Shown: positions 29,515 to 39,694, numbered from the stretch's first letter. The stretch is DNA of 64,000 nucleotides from Pseudomonadota bacterium (GCA_036158955.1 JAYYFI010000007.1:2576-66575); one strand, 5' to 3'. Made by a program: numbers and translations. The notes: generated by a model not told the origin, from the letters alone.

Positions 29515-31149
29515 ATGTCAACAAGCCTTTTAAATCAGGGCAATTCCTACGATACAGTTTATAACAATTTTGAATGGGACATACCCGAGGAATATAATAT
29601 TGCTTATGATGTTTGTGATAGATGGGTCGAAGATAAAGATAGAGTAGCTTTAGTTTATGAGGATGCCCAGAAAAAACAAAAGATTTTTTATTTTCATGAT
29701 ATTCAAAGATATGCAAATCAATTGGCAAATTTTTTTACTGATTTAGGGCTCAAAAAGGGAGACGTAGTCACATTATTGCTCGCGCAGGATCCGGAGTGCG
29801 CAATAGCTCATGTAGGTTGCTGGAAGGCCGGGATCATATCAAGTCCTTGTTCGGTCCTTTTTGCATCTGATGCTATTAAATATCGTCTAAATGATTGTAA
29901 GACAAAAATTCTTATTACCGATGAGGCAAATTATCAGAAGGTGTCTGAAATAAAAAAGGATTGTCCGAATCTTGAACATATTATTTTGACTGACACGAGC
30001 ACCAATGTAGCAGGTAACTTTTGGAAGCTTATAGAAGATCAAAGTACCAGCTTCACCAATGTTGTGACTAAATCAGAAGATGTGGCTTGGATAAGTTATA
30101 CGTCTGGTACAACCGGCATGCCAAAAGGTTCAGTTCAACCACATCGAATGATGCTGGGCCATATGCCTAGTCTCGAATTTATTTATGATTTTTTTCCAAA
30201 AGATGGGGATGCCTTATGGTCTCCGGCTGACTGGGCTTGGATGGCGGGTCTAATGGATATTCTTATGCCCGGATGGTTTCATGGTTGCAAGGTAGTTGCA
30301 ACTGCAATGAAGGGGTTTGATGCCGAGGATGCTTATAGGATCCTTGCACAGCATGAGGTTACCCTGGCACTTCTGACTCCTACAATGCTTAAATTAATGA
30401 AGCAAGTCGATGCACCTCTTTCGAAATATTCCTTAAAACTAAGAGCTGTATTGTCTGGGGGAGAGGCTGTAGGCGCTTCTTTGCTGGAGTGGGCTCAGAA
30501 AGAATTGAAACTAATGCTACATGAAGGTTTTGGTCAAACGGAATGTAACGTGATTTTAGGTAATAATGGCAATCTATTTCCTATTAAGGCTGGTTCATTA
30601 GGAAAACCAACACCAGGCTCTGTTGTTAAAATTATCAACGACAAAGGTGTCGAACAGCCGCCAGGAGAGGAGGGGCATATTGCGTGTCTGCGGCCAGATC
30701 CGGTAATGCTTTTAGGTTATTTGAACAAACCGGAAGCCACAAAAGAAAAATTTATTGGCGATTGGTTAATCACTGGCGACTTGGGGCATATGGACGAGGA
30801 GGGGTATTTTTGGTTTCATGGGCGAGCTGATGATGTTATCACTAGTTCAGGATATAGAATAGGTCCAAGTGAAATTGAAGATGCTTTAATTAAACATAAG
30901 GCCGTTCAAATAGCAGCTGCCATTGGTGTGCCGGATCCAGTGCGCACTGAAATTATAAAAGCTTTTATTATTTTAAGTGATGGTTACGAGGACAATGAGG
31001 AGCTTAAAGAAGAATTGAAAAATTTCGTTAGACAAAAATTGGCGAAACATGAGGTGCCAAAAGAAATAGAGTTTGTTAAATCTCTACCAATGACTACCAC
31101 GGGGAAAATAATGAGAAAAGAACTTCGAAATAAAGAGCTCAATTCCTAA
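29515..31149 (+). CDS. AMP-forming acyl-CoA synthetase (medium-chain/acetoacetyl-type ANL enzyme)
   Basis: YTSGTTGMPKG, GFGQTE, TGDLGHMDEEGYFWFHGRADDVI, GYRIGPSEIE, TTTGKIMR. GGAGGA SD. Confidence 0.88.
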   Translation: MSTSLLNQGNSYDTVYNNFEWDIPEEYNIAYDVCDRWVEDKDRVALVYEDAQKKQKIFYFHDIQRYANQLANFFTDLGLKKGDVVTLLLAQDPECAIAHVGCWKAGIISSPCSVLFASDAIKYRLNDCKTKILITDEANYQKVSEIKKDCPNLEHIILTDTSTNVAGNFWKLIEDQSTSFTNVVTKSEDVAWISYTSGTTGMPKGSVQPHRMMLGHMPSLEFIYDFFPKDGDALWSPADWAWMAGLMDILMPGWFHGCKVVATAMKGFDAEDAYRILAQHEVTLALLTPTMLKLMKQVDAPLSKYSLKLRAVLSGGEAVGASLLEWAQKELKLMLHEGFGQTECNVILGNNGNLFPIKAGSLGKPTPGSVVKIINDKGVEQPPGEEGHIACLRPDPVMLLGYLNKPEATKEKFIGDWLITGDLGHMDEEGYFWFHGRADDVITSSGYRIGPSEIEDALIKHKAVQIAAAIGVPDPVRTEIIKAFIILSDGYEDNEELKEELKNFVRQKLAKHEVPKEIEFVKSLPMTTTGKIMRKELRNKELNS

Positions 31150-31173
31150 TCTATTCTCTCTGACATGTTGGTT

Positions 31174-32754
31174 CTATACTGAATTATTGCCAAAAACTCG
31201 TTGTAGATGTTCATCGCTGGGTGGTTTGGTCAATAGCGATACGGTTACCATAGATATTAAAGATATGATAGACGCAATCGTAGCGCATGAAAAAGGGTTG
31301 CTTGCCTGATAAGAAAGCCAATTTACTGACTGAAATAAGAAATCAGAATGACTGAACCAATTCGGATTTATCAACTTTGCGTAGATAATTGGAAAAACGC
31401 TCCCTCCTACAATAAAGCCAACTAGTGCGCCGGCTTTTGTTGCTCTTCTCCAAAGCACACCTAAGAACATTGGAGCAGCTGTTGCTGCCATCATACCGCC
31501 GACTCCAATCCAAACCAGTAAGGCTATATTAGTATTCCTTGCATAGGAAGCGATTAAAATTGCAACTATCAGTATGATCACTGTCGCAATTCTGCTGATC
31601 AACAAACTTATGGAGTCGATCTTTTTGGAATCTAAGTTTGAAGAAATTTTAGGGGCTATTGTTCGTCTATATATATCGTTAGCAAATATTTGAGCTGTAC
31701 TTACGACAAGGCCGTCCGCTGTAGACATCACGGCAGCAAGAACGCCAGCGCAGATGAAAGCCGCGGCCCACGCGGGTAGAGTGGCAATAAATAATTGGGG
31801 TATTGCTTGATTTGGATTTGCTCCGTCAGCGAACAAAGAGTCACCTAGTATTGCACGGGATAGAATTCCGCCCAATGTCATGGCAGGTAATAACATTCCA
31901 AAAGCGAAAGCAATACTTATAAATTTAATTTGATCCCGATCGTTTTTAAGTGCCCAAAGTTTATTACCTATATGAGGTAATAATCCTAAAGGCAGATGCG
32001 CAACAAAAATAGCAAAAATGTCCCATTTAGAGTTATAGAGTGGAAATGACGGATGAAGTACTGTGACTAAATCTGGATCAGTTTTTTCAAGAGTATCCAG
32101 CATTCCGCTGAAACCGCCTTCTATTCCAAATCCGGAAAAAAACATAAAAACAACTGCGCAAGCTAAAATAAGCATTAAAGCTCCTTGCACCCCATCAGTT
32201 AAAATATCGGCATGTGCTCCGCCGAGAACTATATAAAACATAACTATAAGAGCCGTAACGCCTAGAGCAGGCAGCACTTTCAGCCCAAGCATCTCTGTGA
32301 ACATAACTGCGCCCGCCAGCAATTGCCCTGCTAAGTAAAATAATAAGAGTATGGAAAATAAAGCTGCTAATAATCTTACAATGTCGGAATCGAATCTATC
32401 GCCAAGGTATTCTGGAATTGATCTACTTCCAAATGCGTCACCTGCGCGTCTGACTCCATGTAAGCATACAATTACTCCAATATAAACTCCCATAGGATAT
32501 ACGAACGCATAGACTAAGCAGGATAAGCCGCTTGTGTATGCCAACCCTGGCAGCCCTAGGAATGTCGCTCCACTAGCTGTCGTAGCAGTCAATGCGAAGG
32601 CTAGGAAAATTGGCCCGTAACTAGACCTTGCGGTTGCAAAATCATCGCTATTTTTTATGCGATTCATTCCTACAAAACCGAAGACAATCATTAATCCTAG
32701 ATAAAAGCTTAAGAAAACCCATCCCCAAAATTGCAAAGGCTCTAGTCCAAACAC
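31174..32754 (-). CDS. sodium:solute symporter (SSS) family transporter
   Basis: 526 aa with about 13-14 TM. It has the GG..ADILTDGVQG style motif and overall SSS architecture. Substrate unknown. Confidence 0.82.
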   Translation of the reverse strand: MFGLEPLQFWGWVFLSFYLGLMIVFGFVGMNRIKNSDDFATARSSYGPIFLAFALTATTASGATFLGLPGLAYTSGLSCLVYAFVYPMGVYIGVIVCLHGVRRAGDAFGSRSIPEYLGDRFDSDIVRLLAALFSILLLFYLAGQLLAGAVMFTEMLGLKVLPALGVTALIVMFYIVLGGAHADILTDGVQGALMLILACAVVFMFFSGFGIEGGFSGMLDTLEKTDPDLVTVLHPSFPLYNSKWDIFAIFVAHLPLGLLPHIGNKLWALKNDRDQIKFISIAFAFGMLLPAMTLGGILSRAILGDSLFADGANPNQAIPQLFIATLPAWAAAFICAGVLAAVMSTADGLVVSTAQIFANDIYRRTIAPKISSNLDSKKIDSISLLISRIATVIILIVAILIASYARNTNIALLVWIGVGGMMAATAAPMFLGVLWRRATKAGALVGFIVGGSVFPIIYAKLINPNWFSHSDFLFQSVNWLSYQASNPFSCATIASIISLISMVTVSLLTKPPSDEHLQRVFGNNSV

Positions 32755-32911
32755 TATTTTCCTCTCCTCTAAGTAACCTTCCTAGTCGATTTGGTTATTT
32801 TAATATAAACTAAACAACATTGATATTTTATTTAGAAAAAGCTTCTCGAGCTTGATCAGTAGCTAGATTCATTCAGTCATGGATTTATTAAAATAAGAAG
32901 AAGGTGGCAAG

Positions 32912-34156
32912 TTGGAAATAACCAATCCCGCAGAAATAATAAGAAAAATTAAAGGGTCGAGGAATATTATTATGCCCGGAGGTTGTGCTAATGCTGCCAG
33001 CTTTTATGATGAATTTGTGAAATCTATTGGTGAGTTTTCAAATTTAGAGATTTTGTCAGGACTGTCTTTAGGGAAGTACCCCTATCTAAGTGAGGGATTG
33101 AATACGATATTCAAATATTCTACTTGGCAGGCTGGGATGGGGTTAAGAAATTATTTCAACGAAAATACAAGGCGGGTAGATTTGATTCCGTTAAGACTGG
33201 GTGACCTTACTAAAGTAGTTGGGCGAAAGCAGGCAATCGAGCCCGACGTGGTGGTTGTTCAGGCCTCTCTTCCTCAGAAAGATGGTTCTATTAATTTGGG
33301 ACTTTCAGTGGGTCCAAACCCACATTTTATCAATCAAGCAAATGTCGTTGTGGCTGAGCTTAACCATAATATGCCGGTCACGTTTGGCGATAGTGCAATT
33401 GATATAGGTCAGATTGATTTTGCATATGAGTCTGATAGTGATTTATTAATATATGATACTGGTGGTGGAGAGGAGAGAGATAGCGAAATAGTGAATAATG
33501 TCCTCGATTTGATTCCAGAGGGTGCTACCGTACAAGTAGGAATAGGCGGAATACCTGACAGAATTACTGAGAAGCTTGCTTTAATAAATGGTGTGTCTAT
33601 TTTTACTGGAATAATCTCAAATGGGCTTTTAAGTTTTATCGAGGCTACAAATGGTACTAGTAAAGTTATTACGGGTGAAATAGCAGGTAACCATCTCCTT
33701 TATCGAGAAATTCATAAAAATGACGCCGTTGAGCTCGCTCGAATCGAGAAGACACATAATGTTGTAGCTTTATCAAAAATTGACAGATTTGTTTCGATTA
33801 ATTCTACAATTGAAATAGACCTTAATGGGCAAGCCAATGGTGAAGTAATAAACGGGCAACAAGTCAGTGGAGTTGGGGGCAGTTTAGATTATATTGAGGC
33901 TGCTTCTTGGTCAAAAGGCGGTTTGTCAATTATGGCATTGCCTTCAACAACAAAAAATAATAAACGCTCAAAGATAGTACCATCGCTAGTTGACGCTGTA
34001 GTAACAACACCTAGATTTAGTATTGATTATGTGGTAACTGAATTTGGGGTGGCTCGTTTGCGTGGTGCTTCCTTAAAAAAACGGGCAGAGTCATTGATTA
34101 ATATTGCCCATCCTGAATTTCGAGAAGAACTAGAGGACAGTTTTTTTCGCAAATAA
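32912..34156 (+). CDS. acetyl-CoA hydrolase/transferase family protein (4-hydroxybutyrate/succinate CoA-transferase-like)
   Basis: VQVGIGGIPD, IEIDLNGQAN, SGVGGSLDY, VVTEFGVARLRG, IAHPEFREEL. TTG start with an AAGGTGG SD. Confidence 0.8.
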   Translation: MEITNPAEIIRKIKGSRNIIMPGGCANAASFYDEFVKSIGEFSNLEILSGLSLGKYPYLSEGLNTIFKYSTWQAGMGLRNYFNENTRRVDLIPLRLGDLTKVVGRKQAIEPDVVVVQASLPQKDGSINLGLSVGPNPHFINQANVVVAELNHNMPVTFGDSAIDIGQIDFAYESDSDLLIYDTGGGEERDSEIVNNVLDLIPEGATVQVGIGGIPDRITEKLALINGVSIFTGIISNGLLSFIEATNGTSKVITGEIAGNHLLYREIHKNDAVELARIEKTHNVVALSKIDRFVSINSTIEIDLNGQANGEVINGQQVSGVGGSLDYIEAASWSKGGLSIMALPSTTKNNKRSKIVPSLVDAVVTTPRFSIDYVVTEFGVARLRGASLKKRAESLINIAHPEFREELEDSFFRK

Positions 34157-34765
34157 TTTTGTAATGGTAACTTTTTTAGTTAGTATGAAAGAATCAAAAG
34201 TTTGTTTATACTCTAATTTATTTGTATAGGCCAATAACTCTTCTTTAACACGATGGCCATCATATGTGTCCGTTTCTAAGACCAATTTATTTTCATCGAA
34301 GTATGCCAGTGTGTATCCAAAAATATTTTCTGAAAGTTCATTTCCTTTAGCGGAGAATATTCTGCCAGAACTACTAATCGTAAACTTTCTTTCTAGTACA
34401 CCGTCATAAATAAATATAAATTGCGCAACTTGATGGTTTTCGGTTTTTCTTATTTGTAAGGAGTGGCAGTTTATCAAGGGGAGAAGTAACCCAAGGCGCT
34501 TCAAATTTTTTGCACTTTTTCTTTTTTGACTATCTAAATGTTGTTTCTCATAGTCGGCTAAACGTTCTTTGTATGGGCCGTCAGGAAGCCCTTTGTCTTC
34601 ACGAGCTTTCCATTTTAGAGCTACAGTCCTCAGCTTCCCTTTAAACTCGTCTTCAGGAACAGAGCTTTGTTTCGGTTCCAGTTTCCAATGACCGGTTAAG
34701 TGGACTTTTTGCGAAGCGAAACAAAATTGATGGGCAATACAAAAGCCTAGTAATGTAAAGATCAT
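34130..34765 (-). CDS. exported hypothetical protein (beta-rich, lysine-rich linker)
   Basis: ATG 34765 gives a clean signal peptide (MIFTLLGFCIAHQFCFA). No family recognised. Last gene of the LLM/DUF1329 operon. Its 3' end overlaps the convergent CoA-transferase by 27 nt. Confidence 0.5.
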   Translation of the reverse strand: MIFTLLGFCIAHQFCFASQKVHLTGHWKLEPKQSSVPEDEFKGKLRTVALKWKAREDKGLPDGPYKERLADYEKQHLDSQKRKSAKNLKRLGLLLPLINCHSLQIRKTENHQVAQFIFIYDGVLERKFTISSSGRIFSAKGNELSENIFGYTLAYFDENKLVLETDTYDGHRVKEELLAYTNKLEYKQTFDSFILTKKVTITKLFAKKTVL

Positions 34766-34799
34766 TACCAACGGCTTAATTTTTAGGCAGTAGGGAAAG

Positions 34800-35882
34800 T
34801 TATTTTTGGCAAAGGGGAATAATTTCATTAGCAAAGTCGTTCGCTATCTCTCTGATGTGTTTTAGTGGAGGCAATAAGCTCACTTCCTTTAGGCCATTTT
34901 TTTCGGCTGCTTTTAATTTCTCTGCAATTTCAGATGGGCTGCCGACAATTGATGTTCCTTCGATCATTTTGGGAGTAACGAACCGATGTTCCCCTTTGGG
35001 AACATAACTACAGTGTCCATCATGTATTCTTTGATGCCATTTGTCTTCAGGAAGATCGAATTGCTTTACGTGATCATTGTATTCTTCCCAAATATCTTTC
35101 ATGTAATTAGGAACTACTGAGTCATCTTTTGTGTACCTCCAGACCTCATACACAAAATGTAAGGCTGTTACTACCCAAGAGCCGGCTCTTTCTTTTACCG
35201 ATTCATCGGTAAGTTTTTCCCCAGCCTTTAAGATGACGGCATTTGTTAAAGATACAGTATGATAGTTATCAAGTTGGCGATTCGCTATTTTCGCACCTTC
35301 TTTGACCTTACTTAAATTAAATTCCAGGACATCTTTTTGTTCATTAAAAATAGAAACTAGACCATCTCCATACATACCAGCTGTCCTAAGAGCACGAGGT
35401 CCATTAGCTGCTACAAATATTGGAATTTTATTGTCTGTATTACGGAAACCTTCACCGTGATTTTGCCACACAATGGATGTAGTTTTGTCTCTGTAGGTAT
35501 ATTCCGTTTCCTCGTTATTGAGCATAGACCGTACCACTCTTAAATATTCACGAAACTCGGTGACTGGCAAAGGATCTTGTCCCATAACTCGCATTGCCGT
35601 GTGTCCAGTGCCAATTCCTAAGAAGACCCTCCCTGGTGCTAACGCATTCACTGAGGAGATGGCGGCTGCCGTGGTTGGGGCGATTCGAGTTCCGGCTATG
35701 GCTACCCCTGTTCCAATTTTTATTCTGTCTGTGTTCTGTGCAGCCAATGCCATAGTGGAATAGCAATCGCTCCACATCATTTGGGTATCGGGCACCCAAA
35801 CTGAGTCATAACCCATAAGTTCTAGCTCTTTAATTATTTCCCAATCTTTTATGCGTGTTTGAATGTGCAAACTAAATTCCAT
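34800..35882 (-). CDS. LLM-class oxidoreductase, Mer-like subgroup
   Basis: KIGTGVAIAGTRIAPTTAAAISSVNALAPGRVFLGIGTGHT and IPIFVAANGPR are paralogous to 10473..11546. ATG 35882 is preceded by GAGGAGG; the listed start at 35903 is less likely. Confidence 0.8.
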   Translation of the reverse strand: MEFSLHIQTRIKDWEIIKELELMGYDSVWVPDTQMMWSDCYSTMALAAQNTDRIKIGTGVAIAGTRIAPTTAAAISSVNALAPGRVFLGIGTGHTAMRVMGQDPLPVTEFREYLRVVRSMLNNEETEYTYRDKTTSIVWQNHGEGFRNTDNKIPIFVAANGPRALRTAGMYGDGLVSIFNEQKDVLEFNLSKVKEGAKIANRQLDNYHTVSLTNAVILKAGEKLTDESVKERAGSWVVTALHFVYEVWRYTKDDSVVPNYMKDIWEEYNDHVKQFDLPEDKWHQRIHDGHCSYVPKGEHRFVTPKMIEGTSIVGSPSEIAEKLKAAEKNGLKEVSLLPPLKHIREIANDFANEIIPLCQK

Positions 35883-35948
35883 GTCCTTAGTCCTCCTCAA
35901 CAATCATTTGTTTTTATGAGACCATAACAATTTAACACTAATGGTTAT

Positions 35949-37256
35949 TTATCTAAATCTTTTACCAGAAGTCATCCTTGCCACATTAAAATCCCTGATC
36001 TCAACCTTGTCGGAATTTATGAAAGTTAGCATATTAATCGTGGTGCATCTATTAGTTTGAATATCAATTGTGGAGAATGCTGTGCCGATTGGAGCAAATG
36101 TTCCGGTATTTTCGGGGAGGTGAGATTCAGAGCTTGAATATGCACTTATGATAATTTTCCAGAGCTTGTTGTTTTGGCCATAGATCTTCCAAATCATTGG
36201 AACATGAGTTTGCGCGTCTAGGTAGAATATTCTTCTTTGAGCTCTTTTAGTAGAATTTTTTTGAATTCCTTCAAGGATATGCACCTCTCTTATTTGCCAT
36301 TCGACTTCTGGAAAACACGATGCTTTACCACCAAATTTTACGTGATAATAATTTGGATCACTTGATTTTTGGCCAGTATTTTCTAAGGCATCGTGTTCAT
36401 ACAGTGGGAGAATTAGATAGGTCGTCCCGAGATAATTCCATTTTAATTCTGCCAAAGATCCAGAGAAAGATAAAAAATCAGTTGGCAGAATATCGCTTCC
36501 GAACATTGAGTCATCGTTTCGAAAGGATGCCAGTGTCTGGGTTCTCTCAAGTTGCGGAACGTAAACCCATCCATTCAGTGGTTTGGCTTCATTTCTATTG
36601 GCATAAATAAGAGCTTGTAGGCCGGAATAGCTGCCTGCATCGAGTGCAGTTAGGAAAGCTGCTCCATAGGCGTCAGTTCTATTTTGTTTAATTTCAGGCA
36701 TGGGTGTTCGAACCGATCTAAATAGGAATCTCATTAATTTCATGGAGAATTCCATATCGAAATCCAACGTTTCTTTCGTCCAATCCATAAGGCGCCATTT
36801 CATTTCGGGAATGTAGCCGTTATCCCCCAAATAAGCATAACGCATATTGAACGCAAGTTTAATTCCAGCATCTGGGTCGCTTGGGTTTGGCCGCTCGTAA
36901 AAAGGGAGCCCAGATGAAAAATTGAGTAATTCTGTTTTTTTCTTCGACAAAGTAACCTTGGATCTACCTTGTCTAGTTGCAAAAATAAAAGCTGGGTGTG
37001 GCTTTATAGAGATAGGCGCTCCGATTTGCATAGAAAAATGATCTTTGAGGATGAATTTAGCGATGTCTGGATCAATTAGGTTTTTAAAATATTTGAAATT
37101 TTTAGAGTTAATGTTCGCACCGGGTTGTGGACTTAGTTCGTTAAGTTGCTCTAAATTAGTTTCAAAGGGATCAGAGAAGGTGTTTAAGGCGATCAGATTC
37201 AGTATGATTGTTAAACTAAACAGCAGAGCTATTTTTTTTCGTATCAGGCTGCCCAA
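35949..37256 (-). CDS. exported DUF1329 (LolA-fold-like) protein
   Basis: Signal peptide (KKIALLFSLTIILNLIALNTFS), ~435 aa. The GLPFYERPNPSDPDAGIKLAFNMRYAYLGDNG block matches the remembered DUF1329 signature (G.PFP...G.K..WN...RY.G). The TTG start overlaps the upstream LLM by 13 nt. Confidence 0.68.
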   Translation of the reverse strand: MGSLIRKKIALLFSLTIILNLIALNTFSDPFETNLEQLNELSPQPGANINSKNFKYFKNLIDPDIAKFILKDHFSMQIGAPISIKPHPAFIFATRQGRSKVTLSKKKTELLNFSSGLPFYERPNPSDPDAGIKLAFNMRYAYLGDNGYIPEMKWRLMDWTKETLDFDMEFSMKLMRFLFRSVRTPMPEIKQNRTDAYGAAFLTALDAGSYSGLQALIYANRNEAKPLNGWVYVPQLERTQTLASFRNDDSMFGSDILPTDFLSFSGSLAELKWNYLGTTYLILPLYEHDALENTGQKSSDPNYYHVKFGGKASCFPEVEWQIREVHILEGIQKNSTKRAQRRIFYLDAQTHVPMIWKIYGQNNKLWKIIISAYSSSESHLPENTGTFAPIGTAFSTIDIQTNRCTTINMLTFINSDKVEIRDFNVARMTSGKRFR

Positions 37257-38335
37257 TCAATATTTCCGATAATGCTTTTAGCTTTAAGTTTTGGCAACAC
37301 TTCTTGTGCAAATAATTGGATATTTGCTTGAGCTATTTCAAACGGCATGCCAGCGAAACTGAATACTCCTATATAAGCTTCTGCGCCAATCCGAGCGCAG
37401 TTCTTTTCGATTTTGTGGTAGCATTCTTCGGGCGTTCCCCAGGTTTGCAATCCCATGAAAAACTCTATTGCACCGTTAATTCCTGTTTTTTTCATGCTTT
37501 CGGCGAATTTGCCATAATATTCATAGCCCTTTTGATTTTTAAGGTGGTCTGTATTGAAACTATAATGATCAAGCACGGTTTGCCAATAACCCCCAATGTA
37601 TTTTTCTGCTAATTTTTTTGCCGTATTTTTGTTAGCATGGCAAATTGTCCACCCTGCGAGAAGAGGTGCTGGCGGATCCTGATTGTTCAGTTTTTTATAA
37701 ATCTTATTGTAATTATCAATTTCTCTCTCTACTTGATCCCACGGTTTTTGTGGGATTACTAATAAGCCTATCCCGAGTTTTGCCATTATTTCTATAGACT
37801 CGGGTGACACAGCTGCAGCGTAAGTACGGCCCTTGAAAGAAGCTGAGGGTAGTGGCCTTATCGCCGCTTTTGGCTGAATAACAAATTTACCTTCGTATTG
37901 GCAAACTCCATTTTCTAAGCCATGTAAAACGCATTCGGCGCTCTCTACAAACCTTTGTCTTGAGTCTTCCATATCCTGTCTAAATGCGTCGAACTCAATT
38001 CTACCAGCCCCCCTGCCCAGACCTAGAATTAGGCGTCCATTGGATAAAGTATCTAGCATAGAAATTTGTTCGGCAATTCTTATAGGATCATGCCAAGGAA
38101 GGACAACTACCATTGAGCCAAGTTTGATTGTTTTAGTTTTAGCTGCCATATAGGTTAAAAACTGCATTGGATCTGGGCACATAGTGTAATTAGTAAAGTG
38201 ATGCTCTACAGTCCATATTGACTCGAAACCTAACGGTTCTGCAAATTCGGCTAGTTTAACCTCATTTGAATAAACGAGTTGATCACTGATGGCATTACCG
38301 GGATTTTGGAAAATAGAACACATGCCTACATGCAT
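37244..38335 (-). CDS. LLM-class flavin monooxygenase, LuxA/alkanal-monooxygenase-like
   Basis: ESIWTVEHHFT, VVVLPWHDPIRIAEQISMLDTLSNGRLILGLGRG, GYWQTV...KGYEYY, and a C-terminal GTPEEC...FAQEVLPKLK. These parallel the block order I remember for Vibrio LuxA. Confidence 0.8.
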   Translation of the reverse strand: MHVGMCSIFQNPGNAISDQLVYSNEVKLAEFAEPLGFESIWTVEHHFTNYTMCPDPMQFLTYMAAKTKTIKLGSMVVVLPWHDPIRIAEQISMLDTLSNGRLILGLGRGAGRIEFDAFRQDMEDSRQRFVESAECVLHGLENGVCQYEGKFVIQPKAAIRPLPSASFKGRTYAAAVSPESIEIMAKLGIGLLVIPQKPWDQVEREIDNYNKIYKKLNNQDPPAPLLAGWTICHANKNTAKKLAEKYIGGYWQTVLDHYSFNTDHLKNQKGYEYYGKFAESMKKTGINGAIEFFMGLQTWGTPEECYHKIEKNCARIGAEAYIGVFSFAGMPFEIAQANIQLFAQEVLPKLKAKSIIGNIDWAA

Positions 38336-38479
38336 TTTTAGAATCTCCGAAGTTCCAATTAATAATTTAAATTTAAGTAATAATTGACTAAAAGTAAAGA
38401 CTCAGCAAGATCTCTATAAAATGTTGAACACAATATAATAAAACAATATAATTAAGTCTAATAAGCTAGGAGAGTCGTT

Positions 38480-39694
38480 GTGCTTTACCAGTTTTATGAA
38501 TCTGCCCATGCTGCTATGAAACCAATGAGGGTTCTCTCTTCTATGCAGAGGTCTCTGATAGAAAATCCCCTTAATCCACTGGGCGATTGCTCTTTTGTAA
38601 AAGCTTACTCTGCATCGTTGCAAGTTTTCGAGCGCACTACACGACAGTATGTGAAGCCGAATTGGTCCATACCTGATCTATCACCACCGGGGAAGAAGGT
38701 AAAAATGTCTAGAGTCTTGCGACTCGATTTTTGTGATTTACTAGAGTTTACCACCCAGCCCAAGGGTAAGAGGCCGAAAATTCTTTTGGTAGCGCCTCTC
38801 TCAGGCCATTATGCAACCCTGTTGAGCGGTACAGTGAAGTCTTTAGTTGAGGATTTTGATGTCTATCTCACAGATTGGAAGGATGCAAGGGATATACCTT
38901 TGTATAAGGGACGCTTTAATTTTTCAAGTTACGTAGATTATCTCCTTCAGTTCATGAAGCTCATTGGTTCTAATTATCATTTGATAGCGGTTAGCCAACC
39001 CGGTCCCGCAGCGTTAGTCGCGACGGCACATGCAGCTCAGCTAAAAGCAAATTATAATCCAAAATCTTTGGTGTTGATGGGTTGCCCGATTGATACGCGG
39101 TTAAGTCCCACTGAGCCAAACAGACTTGCTAAAGCCAAGTCTTTAGATTGGTTTGAATCAAATGTCGTTGTCCATGTCCCTTATCCAAGGCTTGGCTACT
39201 TGAGAAGAGTTTATCCAGGATTTTTGCAGCTAACCGGTTTTATGACAATGAATCTAGGTAGACACATGCATGCCCATAAAGAGCTCTTTACCAATCTTGT
39301 AAAAGGCGATGGCGACTCGGTACAATCACATTTAGCATTTTATGACGAATATCTTGCAGTGATGGATCTCCCCGCTGAATATTATCTAGAAACTATCGAT
39401 GTGGTATTTCAGAGGCATCTCATTGCAGACGAACAGTTTGTTTATCGGGGTACAAAAATCGATTTCGGCTCAATTACGTCTACCGCCTTGATGACAGTGG
39501 AAGGCGAGAAGGACGATATCTCTGGAATTGGCCAAACACAAGCAGCACATGGTCTTTGTAGAAATATACCAAATGACTGGAGAGTCGACTACGTTCAAAA
39601 GGGAGTTGGTCACTATGGCGTGTTTAATGGATCTAGATGGCGAGGTGAGATTGCCCCCAGAGTTAGAGATTTTATTAAAACCTATTCGGATTAA
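38480..39694 (+). CDS. phaZ: intracellular polyhydroxyalkanoate (PHB) depolymerase
   Basis: The characteristic N-terminus MLYQFYESAHAAMKPMR, then LLVAPLSGHYATLL, and a VSQPG nucleophile region. ~400 aa. GTG start with an AGGAGA SD. Confidence 0.83.
   Translation: MLYQFYESAHAAMKPMRVLSSMQRSLIENPLNPLGDCSFVKAYSASLQVFERTTRQYVKPNWSIPDLSPPGKKVKMSRVLRLDFCDLLEFTTQPKGKRPKILLVAPLSGHYATLLSGTVKSLVEDFDVYLTDWKDARDIPLYKGRFNFSSYVDYLLQFMKLIGSNYHLIAVSQPGPAALVATAHAAQLKANYNPKSLVLMGCPIDTRLSPTEPNRLAKAKSLDWFESNVVVHVPYPRLGYLRRVYPGFLQLTGFMTMNLGRHMHAHKELFTNLVKGDGDSVQSHLAFYDEYLAVMDLPAEYYLETIDVVFQRHLIADEQFVYRGTKIDFGSITSTALMTVEGEKDDISGIGQTQAAHGLCRNIPNDWRVDYVQKGVGHYGVFNGSRWRGEIAPRVRDFIKTYSD

Noticed and set aside
35518-35799. 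Two extra ORFs inside the LLM gene 34800..35882: 81 aa on the plus strand and 83 aa on the minus strand in another frame
   Set aside because: The plus-strand translation (..CPVPIPKKTLPGANAF..) mirrors the antisense ORF 11194..11457 inside the paralogous LLM (..VVLPVPIPRIALPGAIEF..). Both are simply the reverse-complement image of the conserved APGR..LGIGTG motif, not an independently conserved overlapping gene.
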